Shown in pieces: positions 27,796 to 36,809 of a stretch of DNA of 64,000 nt. This DNA is from Fidelibacterota bacterium (GTDB lineage Bacteria > Fidelibacterota > UBA8477 > JABMPR01). Below the pieces are notes generated by a model, which searched no databases, was not told where the DNA came from, and was given only the letters and a program-made list of their open reading frames with translations. The position numbers and the translations under genes are program-made. The first letter of the stretch is position 1. The number at the start of each line of letters is the position of its first letter. The stretch covers positions 19,889 to 83,888 of the forward strand of contig JABMOS010000068.1 of the NCBI GenBank assembly GCA_013203185.1. The letters run 5' to 3'.

Positions 27796-29565
27796 TTAAT
27801 CAGAAAACACATTGTTGGCGACACCAAAAATATTTTTCGGGTCATGGGCCGTTTTCACCTGTTTGAGCATTTCAATACTTGCCGGGGAAATAGTTCCCTT
27901 CATAAAATCTTTCCGTAGTTTTCCAACCCCATGATGATGGGATATAGAACCACCGGCTTCCATGATGGCCTCCCTCATTGCATATTCGATTGAATTAAAA
28001 ATCTCAATGGGATTCTTAACACCTTTGATGCTCATGGCAAACATAAAATAGATACAGACTCCCGTATGATAGATCTGAGGTACACGATATGAGATATAGG
28101 GCTTGCCTGGGATGTTATGCTTTTGGTGAAGTTCTTTAATTTTATTGGTTGCAGCTTCACATACTTCATTCAGTTTGCTCCAGGGAACCGACGTTTCCAT
28201 GGTTTCACCAATTATACGATACCTCGTCATAAAGTCTCTGATGTAGGCGATGGCAAAAGTCAGGTTATAGCCCTTCTTGCCATTTTCAGCGCCGCCAATC
28301 ATACCATTATACTTCTTGGTTAATCTTTTTAAGGTTTTCTGTTGCAAAGCAACTTCATCCTTGGAACCCTCTAATTTGAAGGAGGTTACCACCATTTTGT
28401 AGGGATCGAATTTTTTCACATTCAACACGACGAACTTTTCAAGTTTCTTGATCCAAACCTTCATACCTGTTGCTTTGGGATTCAATGCTTGACCAAAACG
28501 GAACTGGGCATTATCCATGAGACGTGCACTGGCAGGTACGGCACCACTCTTCGATAATTCATACATAAAGGCTACACCGGTCTCCCAGTCGTGAAACAGG
28601 GCAGAATTATAATCGGATGATTCTGGGAGTGTATGCACTTTCAAAGTGGCTTTGGTGATGATTCCAAAATTACCTTCAGATCCTAAAAGCATATTCTGCG
28701 TACTCACGCCAATAGAAGCACGTGTAATTGGATCGACCTGCTCCACAACCCCATTGGGAGTGATCATGGTTACGTTTTCAACAATGTCTTCAATATTTCC
28801 GTAGCGATTTTTTTTCATCCCACTGGCATTGGTTGAAATCCAACCTCCTAGGGTAGATAGTTCGATACTGTCTGGTTCATGTCCAACCGTGAGACCTTTG
28901 ACTTGTAGGAGCTCTTCCAGTTTGCTGCCGAGGATACCGGCCTGGACAACTACGCGACGGTTTTCCAGATCAATGGATTCGATTTGATTCATTCGTCGAG
29001 TGTCTACTGCGACAACCATCCTCTTTTCAAATTGAGGGATTTGCAGGGCGTTGCTAACACTTGTCCCACCTCCATATGGGATGAGGCAAATATCATGTTC
29101 AATGGCCAGGTCAATCAATTTTTGAGTTTCGTCTTCTGACTCGATGTAGAAGACCATGTCAGCTACTTTATCGACTTTATCGAAAACAACCTTATATATT
29201 TCATCGGTGGTTTGGCCAGCGCTATGCATAAGTCGCTCTGAATCACCAAAGGTATAACGGTCCTCGGGAAACGTGGCTTTAACTGCGTCTGCGAAAGCTT
29301 GGTTGATTTGGGCTTTCTCTACAGGTTTGTCGTCTACTTCAGGCAATACGTCATCTACATCAACGGTCATATCCAACATCTCTTCAACATAAGGGATAAA
29401 ATCCGGCATATCGAAGCCACAAAGATCATAGCGATCTCCGGTCATGCTTACGGTCCGGTCGCTATTCAGTATGAATTCTGAATCTTTATAACCCCATTTA
29501 TGTCCCCAGTTGTCATCGTTTACGGCATAAAATTTTTCTTTGTTGGGAGGTGTACTATTTTTCAT
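27796..29565 (-). CDS. alkyldihydroxyacetonephosphate synthase (AGPS)-like FAD-linked oxidase
   Basis: 589 aa. The N-terminal WGHKWGYKDSEFILNSDRTVSMTGDRYDL parallels the animal AGPS N-terminus (..WNGWGY.DS.F..). It has a VAO/PCMH FAD-binding core. The C-terminal GGSISHHHGVGKLRKDFM...DPKNIFG reproduces the AGPS HHH active-site motif. Confidence 0.85.
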   Translation of the reverse strand: MKNSTPPNKEKFYAVNDDNWGHKWGYKDSEFILNSDRTVSMTGDRYDLCGFDMPDFIPYVEEMLDMTVDVDDVLPEVDDKPVEKAQINQAFADAVKATFPEDRYTFGDSERLMHSAGQTTDEIYKVVFDKVDKVADMVFYIESEDETQKLIDLAIEHDICLIPYGGGTSVSNALQIPQFEKRMVVAVDTRRMNQIESIDLENRRVVVQAGILGSKLEELLQVKGLTVGHEPDSIELSTLGGWISTNASGMKKNRYGNIEDIVENVTMITPNGVVEQVDPITRASIGVSTQNMLLGSEGNFGIITKATLKVHTLPESSDYNSALFHDWETGVAFMYELSKSGAVPASARLMDNAQFRFGQALNPKATGMKVWIKKLEKFVVLNVKKFDPYKMVVTSFKLEGSKDEVALQQKTLKRLTKKYNGMIGGAENGKKGYNLTFAIAYIRDFMTRYRIIGETMETSVPWSKLNEVCEAATNKIKELHQKHNIPGKPYISYRVPQIYHTGVCIYFMFAMSIKGVKNPIEIFNSIEYAMREAIMEAGGSISHHHGVGKLRKDFMKGTISPASIEMLKQVKTAHDPKNIFGVANNVFSD

Positions 29566-30286
29566 AAAGTTCCGTTGCCTTTTTGGTAATGGCTAGTTCC
29601 AGCGCTGATATCATTTTTTTTGAAGCTTCTTTTAAATCATTCTCGCTAGGAGTATCAGATTTAAGAAATTTTTCTGGATAAATTGGTTCAAGAATATAGA
29701 CCTTAATACCTGTGGGACGCATTAAAAATTTTCCACGAGGCCATGCTTTATGGGACCCATAAATAACAGCAGGTAATATTGGAGCTCCCAGATCCAGAGA
29801 AAATCTGGCTGCACCCTTCTTAAATGGCAATATTTTGCCTGGATTGCCTCGTGTTCCTTCAGGAAAAAATATGAGGCTCCTCTGTTGGTAGCTCATGAAC
29901 GTTTCGCACAATTTGATAGTATCTTTGATTGGGAATTGTCCTTCTCCTTTGACCCTTCTGTCAATGGGAATCAGGTTCATGACTGTATTTATCAGGGTCC
30001 GTCTGGTCCAACTATCAAACCAATAGTCCTTGGCCGCCATCATTCCAAAATGATTGAAGCTTTTCTGTGCCGCGGCCGAAAGAAGTGCAACATCCATATG
30101 GCTGTTGTGATTGCTGCAAAAAATAAAGGATGAATCAGGAATGTTTTCACGACCATAAACTTTCAGGGGCGTGTAAAATGTAAAGACTAACTTACTGTAA
30201 TAGTAAAATAAGATTTTCCAGATTTTATAGTAAAACGCCTGTTTCCCCAGCAAGTAGGAGAATTTTGGATTGTCAAGAACATCCAT
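29555..30286 (-). CDS. PlsC/GNPAT-type glycerolipid acyltransferase (LPLAT superfamily)
   Basis: HX4D motif (CSNHNSHMD), FFPEGTRG motif, and an N-terminal hydrophobic anchor. It overlaps the AGPS start by 11 nt and lies 8 nt downstream of the HMGR-like gene. Confidence 0.85.
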   Translation of the reverse strand: MDVLDNPKFSYLLGKQAFYYKIWKILFYYYSKLVFTFYTPLKVYGRENIPDSSFIFCSNHNSHMDVALLSAAAQKSFNHFGMMAAKDYWFDSWTRRTLINTVMNLIPIDRRVKGEGQFPIKDTIKLCETFMSYQQRSLIFFPEGTRGNPGKILPFKKGAARFSLDLGAPILPAVIYGSHKAWPRGKFLMRPTGIKVYILEPIYPEKFLKSDTPSENDLKEASKKMISALELAITKKATELYEK

Positions 30287-30294
30287 GTGTGACT

Positions 30295-31455
30295 CTATTT
30301 TCTACCATATTTCATATGTGCATCTGTCCAGGTATGGGAGCCAATGGCACAAATGAGCGAGATTTCAAGAGATAGGGTCGCGGCGGCAATAATTTCTGCT
30401 AGTTTCCTGGATGAATGCTCACCTTCTGCGCATCCCAGCAATTCCAGATTTCGCTGCTGCATTTTCAATCGTGTTCCACCTCCGACAGTACCGACAGTGA
30501 GTGAGGGGAGTGTCATCTTGAACTTGATACCTTCCTCAGTCTTCTCCAGTCCCAGATGAGCAATGCTGTTTTCAGCAGCACAAGCTGTGTCCTGACCTGT
30601 GGCCAGATAGATCGCTGTGAGAGCGTTTGAAACATGCAAGCCATTCCCATGGGTTCCAGCTAAGCTCGATATGGTTGGGAAAAAACTCCAGGAATCGAAC
30701 AAGATATCGGGATCCATTTTTAGAATTCTTCGCATGACACTATACTTAATGGTGGTTTCAGCTGAGACTGCATGACCGCGACCCAGAAGCATATTTCGGG
30801 TGGAAGCTTTTTTATCACTGTTGAAGTTGGACTCCAGGAAGTAATTCTGGCCAGTCTCTTTTTGAATGTATTCACAGGCAACCTGAGCTGCCAGAGTAAC
30901 CATGTTTTGTCCAGCTGCGTTGTTGGTGTCCAACACCAAATCCAGCACAACATAATTTTGGATTGTATATTGATCAATTCTCAGGACTTTTCCATGTTTG
31001 GTGGTGCTTTCTGCCACCGCCATGATTTTGTCCTGGTTCTCTGTAACCCATTGTTGGAACTTGACACTTTCCAGAATATCATCAAGAATAAATACGGGTG
31101 CCCGAGATAACTCCTGCCTGAAATGGCGTACGGTGGTTCCACCGCTTACCGTGGAGGCATAAATGCCGCGATTCATGGAGGCTGCCAGTGACCCTTCAAG
31201 TGTACACAGGGGAATGACAAAGTCACCGTTTGCATAGGTGCCGTTGATGCTCAGTGGACCAACTACAGCCATGGGTATGTTCATGGTTCCTACATGGTGC
31301 TCGATGATTCCTTTTAAATCCTCAACGTCATCAGTAAGCGTGTCGTCGATTTCAACACCTGTGAACTCCTTGACCCATTCTTTGCGAGCTATTGAATCTT
31401 CCATGCTGTATCCACGTGGAAGATGCGAGCCGAGCCCGTTTTTTTCTTCAGACAT
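30295..31455 (-). CDS. HMG-CoA reductase family (class I-like, short form) NAD(P)H-dependent thioester reductase; substrate uncertain
   Basis: The 386-aa product aligns by eye with the class I HMGR catalytic core: IPMAVVGPL..VIPLCTLEGSLAASMNRG, SNFNSDKKAS (cf. SGNYCTDKKPA), NALTAIYLATGQD, GTVGGGT and the C-terminal ..DAHMKYGR. It diverges at otherwise invariant motifs (EHHVG versus ENVIG; NAAGQNM versus DAMGMNM). It is the first gene of the AGPS operon. Confidence 0.8.
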   Translation of the reverse strand: MSEEKNGLGSHLPRGYSMEDSIARKEWVKEFTGVEIDDTLTDDVEDLKGIIEHHVGTMNIPMAVVGPLSINGTYANGDFVIPLCTLEGSLAASMNRGIYASTVSGGTTVRHFRQELSRAPVFILDDILESVKFQQWVTENQDKIMAVAESTTKHGKVLRIDQYTIQNYVVLDLVLDTNNAAGQNMVTLAAQVACEYIQKETGQNYFLESNFNSDKKASTRNMLLGRGHAVSAETTIKYSVMRRILKMDPDILFDSWSFFPTISSLAGTHGNGLHVSNALTAIYLATGQDTACAAENSIAHLGLEKTEEGIKFKMTLPSLTVGTVGGGTRLKMQQRNLELLGCAEGEHSSRKLAEIIAAATLSLEISLICAIGSHTWTDAHMKYGRK

Positions 31456-31775
31456 ATATCACCCCATATAAATGAAAGTTGTAATTTTTAATTTGTCCCG
31501 ATTCTTTATGTATATAATAATAATCATGATAATATCAATCACCAAATGTCTCAGATATATGGACTCAACAATCCATTTTATCACACACAATATCAATGCT
31601 TTGGTGGAGGTTATTTCTACAAGTTACTCCCGCCTTAAACCAACCAAAGTCCTTTTTAGGGTGAAAGTAGGGAATCTCCCGTTCCAGAAATAGGGCTCCC
31701 CTCATGAGAGAAAGGTCTGGTGACTCTATATTCATGTCACGTTTTTCACCAACACCTTACTGAGGAGAGATAAAA

Positions 31776-32171
31776 ATGGAAATCCAATTGCCCCCAAAGA
31801 AAAAAACTTTATTGTTCGTTGAAGATGACCCAGGCTGGAGGTTGATAATAAGCTACATGGTCAAAAATATGGACATCGAAGCTCTCTACGCAGAGTCAGG
31901 TGAAGATGCATTGCGGATTATCAAAGACCGGAAGGATGTTGAGATTATGTTTCTAGATGTATCTCTGGGGAATGGCATCTCAGGTATGGATCTGGCTGAA
32001 CAAATCAAATCCAATCAATGCTATAAGAATATTCCCATGATTGCCATGACTGCTTATGAAAAACAGAGTATTGAGGGTTATCAAGAGAATGGCTTCACCG
32101 GGTATCTCCAAAAGCCCTATTCTGCAGCGCAATTTGGAGCCGTTATTGATGGAAACAACCATCTGAACTAA
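31776..32171 (+). CDS. single-domain response regulator (receiver only)
   Basis: 131 aa with LLFVEDDPG, FLDVSLG (phospho-acceptor Asp), MIAMTAY and LQKPY. GGAGAG lies upstream of the ATG, and a terminator follows. Confidence 0.8.
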   Translation: MEIQLPPKKKTLLFVEDDPGWRLIISYMVKNMDIEALYAESGEDALRIIKDRKDVEIMFLDVSLGNGISGMDLAEQIKSNQCYKNIPMIAMTAYEKQSIEGYQENGFTGYLQKPYSAAQFGAVIDGNNHLN

Positions 32172-32205
32172 AATTTAAATTTGGCGTGCCTATTTGGAGA
32201 AACGC

Positions 32206-32238
32206 AAAAGCCCCATTCTTAAGTCTGGGGCTTTTTTT
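32206..32238 (+). terminator. rho-independent terminator after the receiver gene
   Basis: 7-bp stem AGCCCCA / TGGGGCT, 10-nt loop, then T7 (32232-32238). Confidence 0.7.
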
Positions 32239-32398
32239 GTTCAGATTATTATCATCTTTCGATTGGTTGGGATAATCTTGTAAATATTGAAACCTTTGAT
32301 TCAGCTATGTCCAGACTAGATTTCATGAGCGAAATCATCACTAATTTGACGTTAAATGAGTGAAACTGCTTCATTAAAAATTGACTGAAAAGGTATAT

Positions 32399-35134
32399 AT
32401 GTTAAATAAAATAATTTCTATCCTCCTCCTGGGACTCAGCACCTTATTCGCATCCACACCTGCTAAACCAGGTGTGATTCCATCTGAAGTGTTGATAGAG
32501 CAGATCGCAATCATGTCTGAAACATACGGGCAAGGTGGTCTAGCTGCCAAAATGCAAGGTATTAGGGCAGCGAATATCCAGCATGCAGAAAATGGGACCC
32601 GTGATTTGAGAGAAGATATCTATATGAGTTTTCCCGTCATCATGGGCTCATATTCTGATTATGATGATGCGACAAATGTTATCAATCTGCTTCAATCAGA
32701 ATTATTTGATGGGCCCTGGCCGAGCGTCACCATGGCAGAACATTATGAGGAAATGTCACTTGGTCAATTTCACCTTTCTGGGACAGTATATGGTTGGTAT
32801 GAGTTAGGTGAGACTGGCCAGCATTATGGTGGTACGGATAATGGTTTCGATGGGGGTGTCGGTGATTTTCTGCATGAGTCACTTGACCTTTCTGATATAG
32901 AGATAGATTTTAGAGAATATGACAATGATGGTCCTGATGGAGTACCAAATTCTGGTGATGATGATGGGGTTGTTGATGCTGCCTTTTTTGTACATTCCGG
33001 CCCAGATGGCGCGGCTGGAGGTCCTTACATCTGGTCTCATCGATGGTCCTATTCTGCAGCTTCTGGTACTGGGTCTGCCTACACGACCAATGATACTGGA
33101 GCAAACGGAAGTCCTATAACTGTTGATGATTACATTATGCAACCTGCAGAAGGCTCTAATGGTGGATTGATAGAGATCGCTGTTTTCTCACACGAATTTG
33201 GCCATGCTATTGGCCTTCCAGATCTGTATGATACCGATTATTCTTCAGATGGCATAGGCAGATGGTGCCTTATGGCTGGCGGCACTAACCTCCTACCCAA
33301 TAGTAGTCCGCCACATATGTCGGTTTGGTGCAAGGAAATGTTGGGCTGGGTTATTCCTGTGGTTCTAGATGCCAATATTGACAGCATTTCAATTCCGCCC
33401 ATTGTTCCAACCGGTTTCGCTCTCAAGGTATGGAAGGACGGGGAAGTTGATCCCTGGGAATCTGGATATGGCCAGGGACTTGAGGTAGGTCGTGAATATT
33501 TCCTTATAGAAAATCGGCAACATATAGGCACTGACCAACATCTGGTGGGCACCGGATTGATAATCTATCATGTAGACAACACCCAATGGGGCAATTCGGA
33601 TGACGAGCATCGATTGGTCGACATTGAACCTGCCAATGGTCAAGAGGGCGGAACAAACCCTGGACAGACCTGGTCTGCAACTTCTGAGAATCAATTGTTT
33701 GATTTCCAAACCATTCCCTCTTCAGCATCCTATGCATTTGAGAATACTGAGGTGGCCATATTTAATTTTGTTGAAAATGATTCAAGCATTATCGCTTCTG
33801 TGGAGGTCAATGAGGCTTTTCCCCACCTTGGTCTCGTTGATTTTATCCTTGCTGACGCCAATGATGATGGCTTTCTCTCACCGGGTGAGAGTGGGCAGCT
33901 TAGCCTGACGCTGATCAATTATGGTCTCCTGGCTACAGATGTTTCTGCCACCATCATTGAAGATAATTCGGCTTTTAATTTTACCACTGCAGCCATTGGT
34001 TTTGAGAACATTCTATCTGGTACTGCGGAGGTCTCAACGGCCCCTTTTGAGTTCACCATGGCCTCCGATTTTGAGTCTGGCACTAGCACGCTGCGATTCC
34101 AGGTGAATAATTCCACCTCTGATATCATTGATACCCTCTCATTTGATTTGATAATTGGTGATCCACAAGTTGCAGTAGTGGATGCTGATGGCGCCGTTTC
34201 AGGGGATATGGATGTTCAGGACTATTACACCCAGGCTCTGATTGATAATGATATTGTTTATACTATCTGGGATGTAGCCCTTGATGGGTTGCCCACAGAG
34301 GAGTGGTTGTTAGGCAGACCCAATGTTATTTACTTCACCGGAAGTGCTGGCTTGCCCTTAACTGTGCCTGTGATCAATCTCTTGTCAAGCTACCAGGATG
34401 GCGGCGGCAGGCTCTTGCTCACGGGTCAGGACCTTACAGATGGCGATGAAGTTCAAGCCGCCTTTTTAAATGAATATTGTGCAGTTGATTTTGTAGAGGA
34501 GCAAACCGTAAACCCACGGTATTTATTCGGAAATCCTGATCATGGAATCATGACTGCAGCTGATCAGTATCGAATCAACACCATTTATGGTGCCAATAAT
34601 CAAACCAGTCCTGATGTTGTTGAACGTTTATCCCATGGGACCAAATTGTTTCAATATCCACGACTGGATGATCAGGCTGCTGGTGTCACCACCATTCAAA
34701 ATGGCTATAAAACTATCTTCCTCGCATTTGGATTTGAGGCCATTGCTGGTCTAGAGGATGAGGGCCCTGAGGTACGAGCAGATCTCATTCAAAGATTCCT
34801 GGAATGGTTTAAGCTGGATTATGTGGGTATCGATTCAGAGAACATTCTAAAGGATATGACACCAGGTATCAGCCACTTCTATCCCAATCCTTTTAATCCT
34901 ACTGTCAATATTGGATATGTGCTGCCTGAACGGGTTGAGTTAACCCTTACCGTCTACGATATTGCAGGCAGGGAGGTTACTCAGCTGTTAAGTGGTGATC
35001 AATCGGCTGGGAGCCATGAAATTCAATGGAATGGTGTGGATGCTTCAGGTCTTTCTGTGAGTACAGGCGTGTACTTCTGCCGTTTGGAAGTAGGGGAGAT
35101 AAGTCATACCATCAAAATGGTCTATCTCAAGTAA
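32399..35134 (+). CDS. secreted M6 (immune inhibitor A-like) zinc metalloprotease with T9SS/FlgD-Ig C-terminal domain
   Basis: Signal peptide MLNKIISILLLGLSTLFAS (ATG 32399; the track ORF starts at TTG 32381). Zinc motif HEFGHAIGLPDLYD, as in M6 peptidases. C-terminus FYPNPFNPTVNIGYVLP...GVYFCRL. Confidence 0.8.
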   Translation: MLNKIISILLLGLSTLFASTPAKPGVIPSEVLIEQIAIMSETYGQGGLAAKMQGIRAANIQHAENGTRDLREDIYMSFPVIMGSYSDYDDATNVINLLQSELFDGPWPSVTMAEHYEEMSLGQFHLSGTVYGWYELGETGQHYGGTDNGFDGGVGDFLHESLDLSDIEIDFREYDNDGPDGVPNSGDDDGVVDAAFFVHSGPDGAAGGPYIWSHRWSYSAASGTGSAYTTNDTGANGSPITVDDYIMQPAEGSNGGLIEIAVFSHEFGHAIGLPDLYDTDYSSDGIGRWCLMAGGTNLLPNSSPPHMSVWCKEMLGWVIPVVLDANIDSISIPPIVPTGFALKVWKDGEVDPWESGYGQGLEVGREYFLIENRQHIGTDQHLVGTGLIIYHVDNTQWGNSDDEHRLVDIEPANGQEGGTNPGQTWSATSENQLFDFQTIPSSASYAFENTEVAIFNFVENDSSIIASVEVNEAFPHLGLVDFILADANDDGFLSPGESGQLSLTLINYGLLATDVSATIIEDNSAFNFTTAAIGFENILSGTAEVSTAPFEFTMASDFESGTSTLRFQVNNSTSDIIDTLSFDLIIGDPQVAVVDADGAVSGDMDVQDYYTQALIDNDIVYTIWDVALDGLPTEEWLLGRPNVIYFTGSAGLPLTVPVINLLSSYQDGGGRLLLTGQDLTDGDEVQAAFLNEYCAVDFVEEQTVNPRYLFGNPDHGIMTAADQYRINTIYGANNQTSPDVVERLSHGTKLFQYPRLDDQAAGVTTIQNGYKTIFLAFGFEAIAGLEDEGPEVRADLIQRFLEWFKLDYVGIDSENILKDMTPGISHFYPNPFNPTVNIGYVLPERVELTLTVYDIAGREVTQLLSGDQSAGSHEIQWNGVDASGLSVSTGVYFCRLEVGEISHTIKMVYLK

Positions 35135-35157
35135 TCATTCAATATGATTTAAATATG

Positions 35158-35190
35158 AAAAAGCCCTGGACTGAGTCTAGGGCTTTTTTG
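35158..35190. terminator. bidirectional rho-independent terminator between convergent genes
   Basis: 9-bp stem (AGCCCTGGA / TCTAGGGCT, one G-U pair), 5-nt loop, flanked by A5 upstream and T6 downstream. It lies between the protease stop (35134) and the minus-strand gene stop (35211). Confidence 0.7.
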
Positions 35191-35210
35191 TTCTGGGATG
35201 TCTAGAATCC

Positions 35211-36116
35211 TTATCTGTGATAGGCAAAATTTATAACGGGGAAGGGTAGAACAAACCCATCATCCAGCATACTCAGCGCCATTATACCACCTAAATCAAC
35301 CGCAATACTTTTGCCGATGAACCGGATAGCGAGTGAAATTGGAATTTGGCCAACCTCTGAATCAGGAATAATCCAGTTTTCAGTGACCAGAGCAATTGAG
35401 CTGCTGATGCGCTTATTGCCAGCTAATATGATGATAGGCCGGTCCATAATCTCAGTCTCACCATCGAATTGAACAAAACCCCATCCCAGGGAAACTGAGA
35501 GATGATCAAATTGGTCACCCACAGTTCCTGTGGTAAAGAGAAATCCCATGCCGAACCTGTTATTCTCATCAAAAAATCCTGGTATGGTGAAATACTGAAT
35601 ACCACCAGCAGTTGTGAAGGGCCCTACTGTGGGCAGACTCATTTTTGCACCGGCATAAAAGGGCATATTCTTCAAGGAAAGACCTGGAAAATAAAAGGCA
35701 CCAATCTGAGCTGATATCTGATCTGAGAGACCAAAGTTATAAGAGGGGAACACAAGGCAAAAGTCTGAGCAATACGCCTCCTCCTTGCCTACGGGAAATG
35801 CAGATACTGACCAGAGATAGCGACTTCGGTTGGGGTCAGGGTCATAGATTTTTCCACCCACCATGCGGCCTTGGAATTCACTTACTTGCAAGACGGATGA
35901 TTTGGGTATATTTGCCTGGAATCCAGTTGTTAGATCAACAACATATATGCTGTCATTCTCAGTTACAATACGACCTGTCAGATCGGAGCCATCATTCATG
36001 TTTAGGGTCATGATGGTTTGATCAGCTATTTTCTGGACTGTACTATCCGCATTCTGGGAGGCCATTGCCCCGCTAAAAATGATGGTAAGCGATAATAATA
36101 TAATACGATTGCTCAT
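35211..36116 (-). CDS. exported protein of unknown function
   Basis: The likely start is MSNRIILLSLTIIFSGAMA (ATG 36116; the track ORF extends to 36149), giving a signal peptide. The remainder is rich in G/F/Y beta-strand-like segments and ends in an aromatic residue region (..VINFAYHR). This is compatible with an outer-membrane protein, but no family was recognised. Confidence 0.5.
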   Translation of the reverse strand: MSNRIILLSLTIIFSGAMASQNADSTVQKIADQTIMTLNMNDGSDLTGRIVTENDSIYVVDLTTGFQANIPKSSVLQVSEFQGRMVGGKIYDPDPNRSRYLWSVSAFPVGKEEAYCSDFCLVFPSYNFGLSDQISAQIGAFYFPGLSLKNMPFYAGAKMSLPTVGPFTTAGGIQYFTIPGFFDENNRFGMGFLFTTGTVGDQFDHLSVSLGWGFVQFDGETEIMDRPIIILAGNKRISSSIALVTENWIIPDSEVGQIPISLAIRFIGKSIAVDLGGIMALSMLDDGFVLPFPVINFAYHR

Positions 36117-36298
36117 GAGGTGTTCTCCCTTTGCATCCAATATACTCATATTGGTATACTGACCAACGGCTCATATGGATTGGAGCACTCCGAATCATTA
36201 ATTTTGGCATCCAATTATTCTAGTTTAAGGGTGTTTCATATTTACCTTGGCCTAAATGAAATTTTACAACATATGTTCATAAAAATACGGAGGAAAAA

Positions 36299-36733
36299 AT
36301 GAAACAATTTGGATTAATTGTGGTGGCCATGTCCCTGGGACTCATGCTCATCCAGTGCGGGGGCGCAAAAGAAGAAAAGCCAGCGGCAAAGGCGGAGGTA
36401 TCTGCAGAGACTGCACCAGTGGCTGAAGCGACAGCTGCAACAGGGGAGATGACCTATGACCTGGCCAATGGCGAAGCTATCTACAAAAAATTGTGTTTTG
36501 CTTGTCATGACAATGGTTTGGCAGGTGCTGCAAAGCATACTGACCAGGAGCGTTGGGCAGAAAGTGCAGCCAAAGGCGTTCCTATGCTTATCAAGCATGT
36601 GACGGAGGGTTATCAGGGTAAGTATGGGATGCTACCCCCAAAAGGGACTTGTATGGATTGTACCGACCAGGATATCATCGATGCTGTGCACTATCAGTTA
36701 AAGATGGGTGGGAGCCTTAATAGCAGTAACTAA
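36299..36733 (+). CDS. cytochrome c5-like monohaem class I cytochrome c (probable lipoprotein)
   Basis: Signal with LIQC|GG, an A/E/K-rich linker, haem site CFACHDNG, distal ligand region YGMLPPKG, and the C..C pair (CMDC) typical of c5. Confidence 0.8.
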   Translation: MKQFGLIVVAMSLGLMLIQCGGAKEEKPAAKAEVSAETAPVAEATAATGEMTYDLANGEAIYKKLCFACHDNGLAGAAKHTDQERWAESAAKGVPMLIKHVTEGYQGKYGMLPPKGTCMDCTDQDIIDAVHYQLKMGGSLNSSN

Positions 36734-36766
36734 CTCAAGTATCCAAAGATATACTTCTTAAAAATG

Positions 36767-36795
36767 AAACCCCTGGCCCATGCCGGGGGTTTTTA
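36767..36795 (+). terminator. rho-independent terminator after cytochrome c5
   Basis: 8-bp stem CCCCTGGC / GCCGGGGG (one G-U pair), 4-nt loop, then T5. Confidence 0.7.
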
Positions 36796-36809
36796 ATTAC
36801 TGGGGATTG

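Noticed and set aside
31472-31693. 73-aa ORF in the divergent intergenic region between the ether-lipid operon and the receiver gene.
   Set aside because: The sequence is extremely AT-rich and low-complexity (MKVVIFNLSRFFMYIIIIMIISI..), with no RBS. It sits where the two divergent promoters should be.
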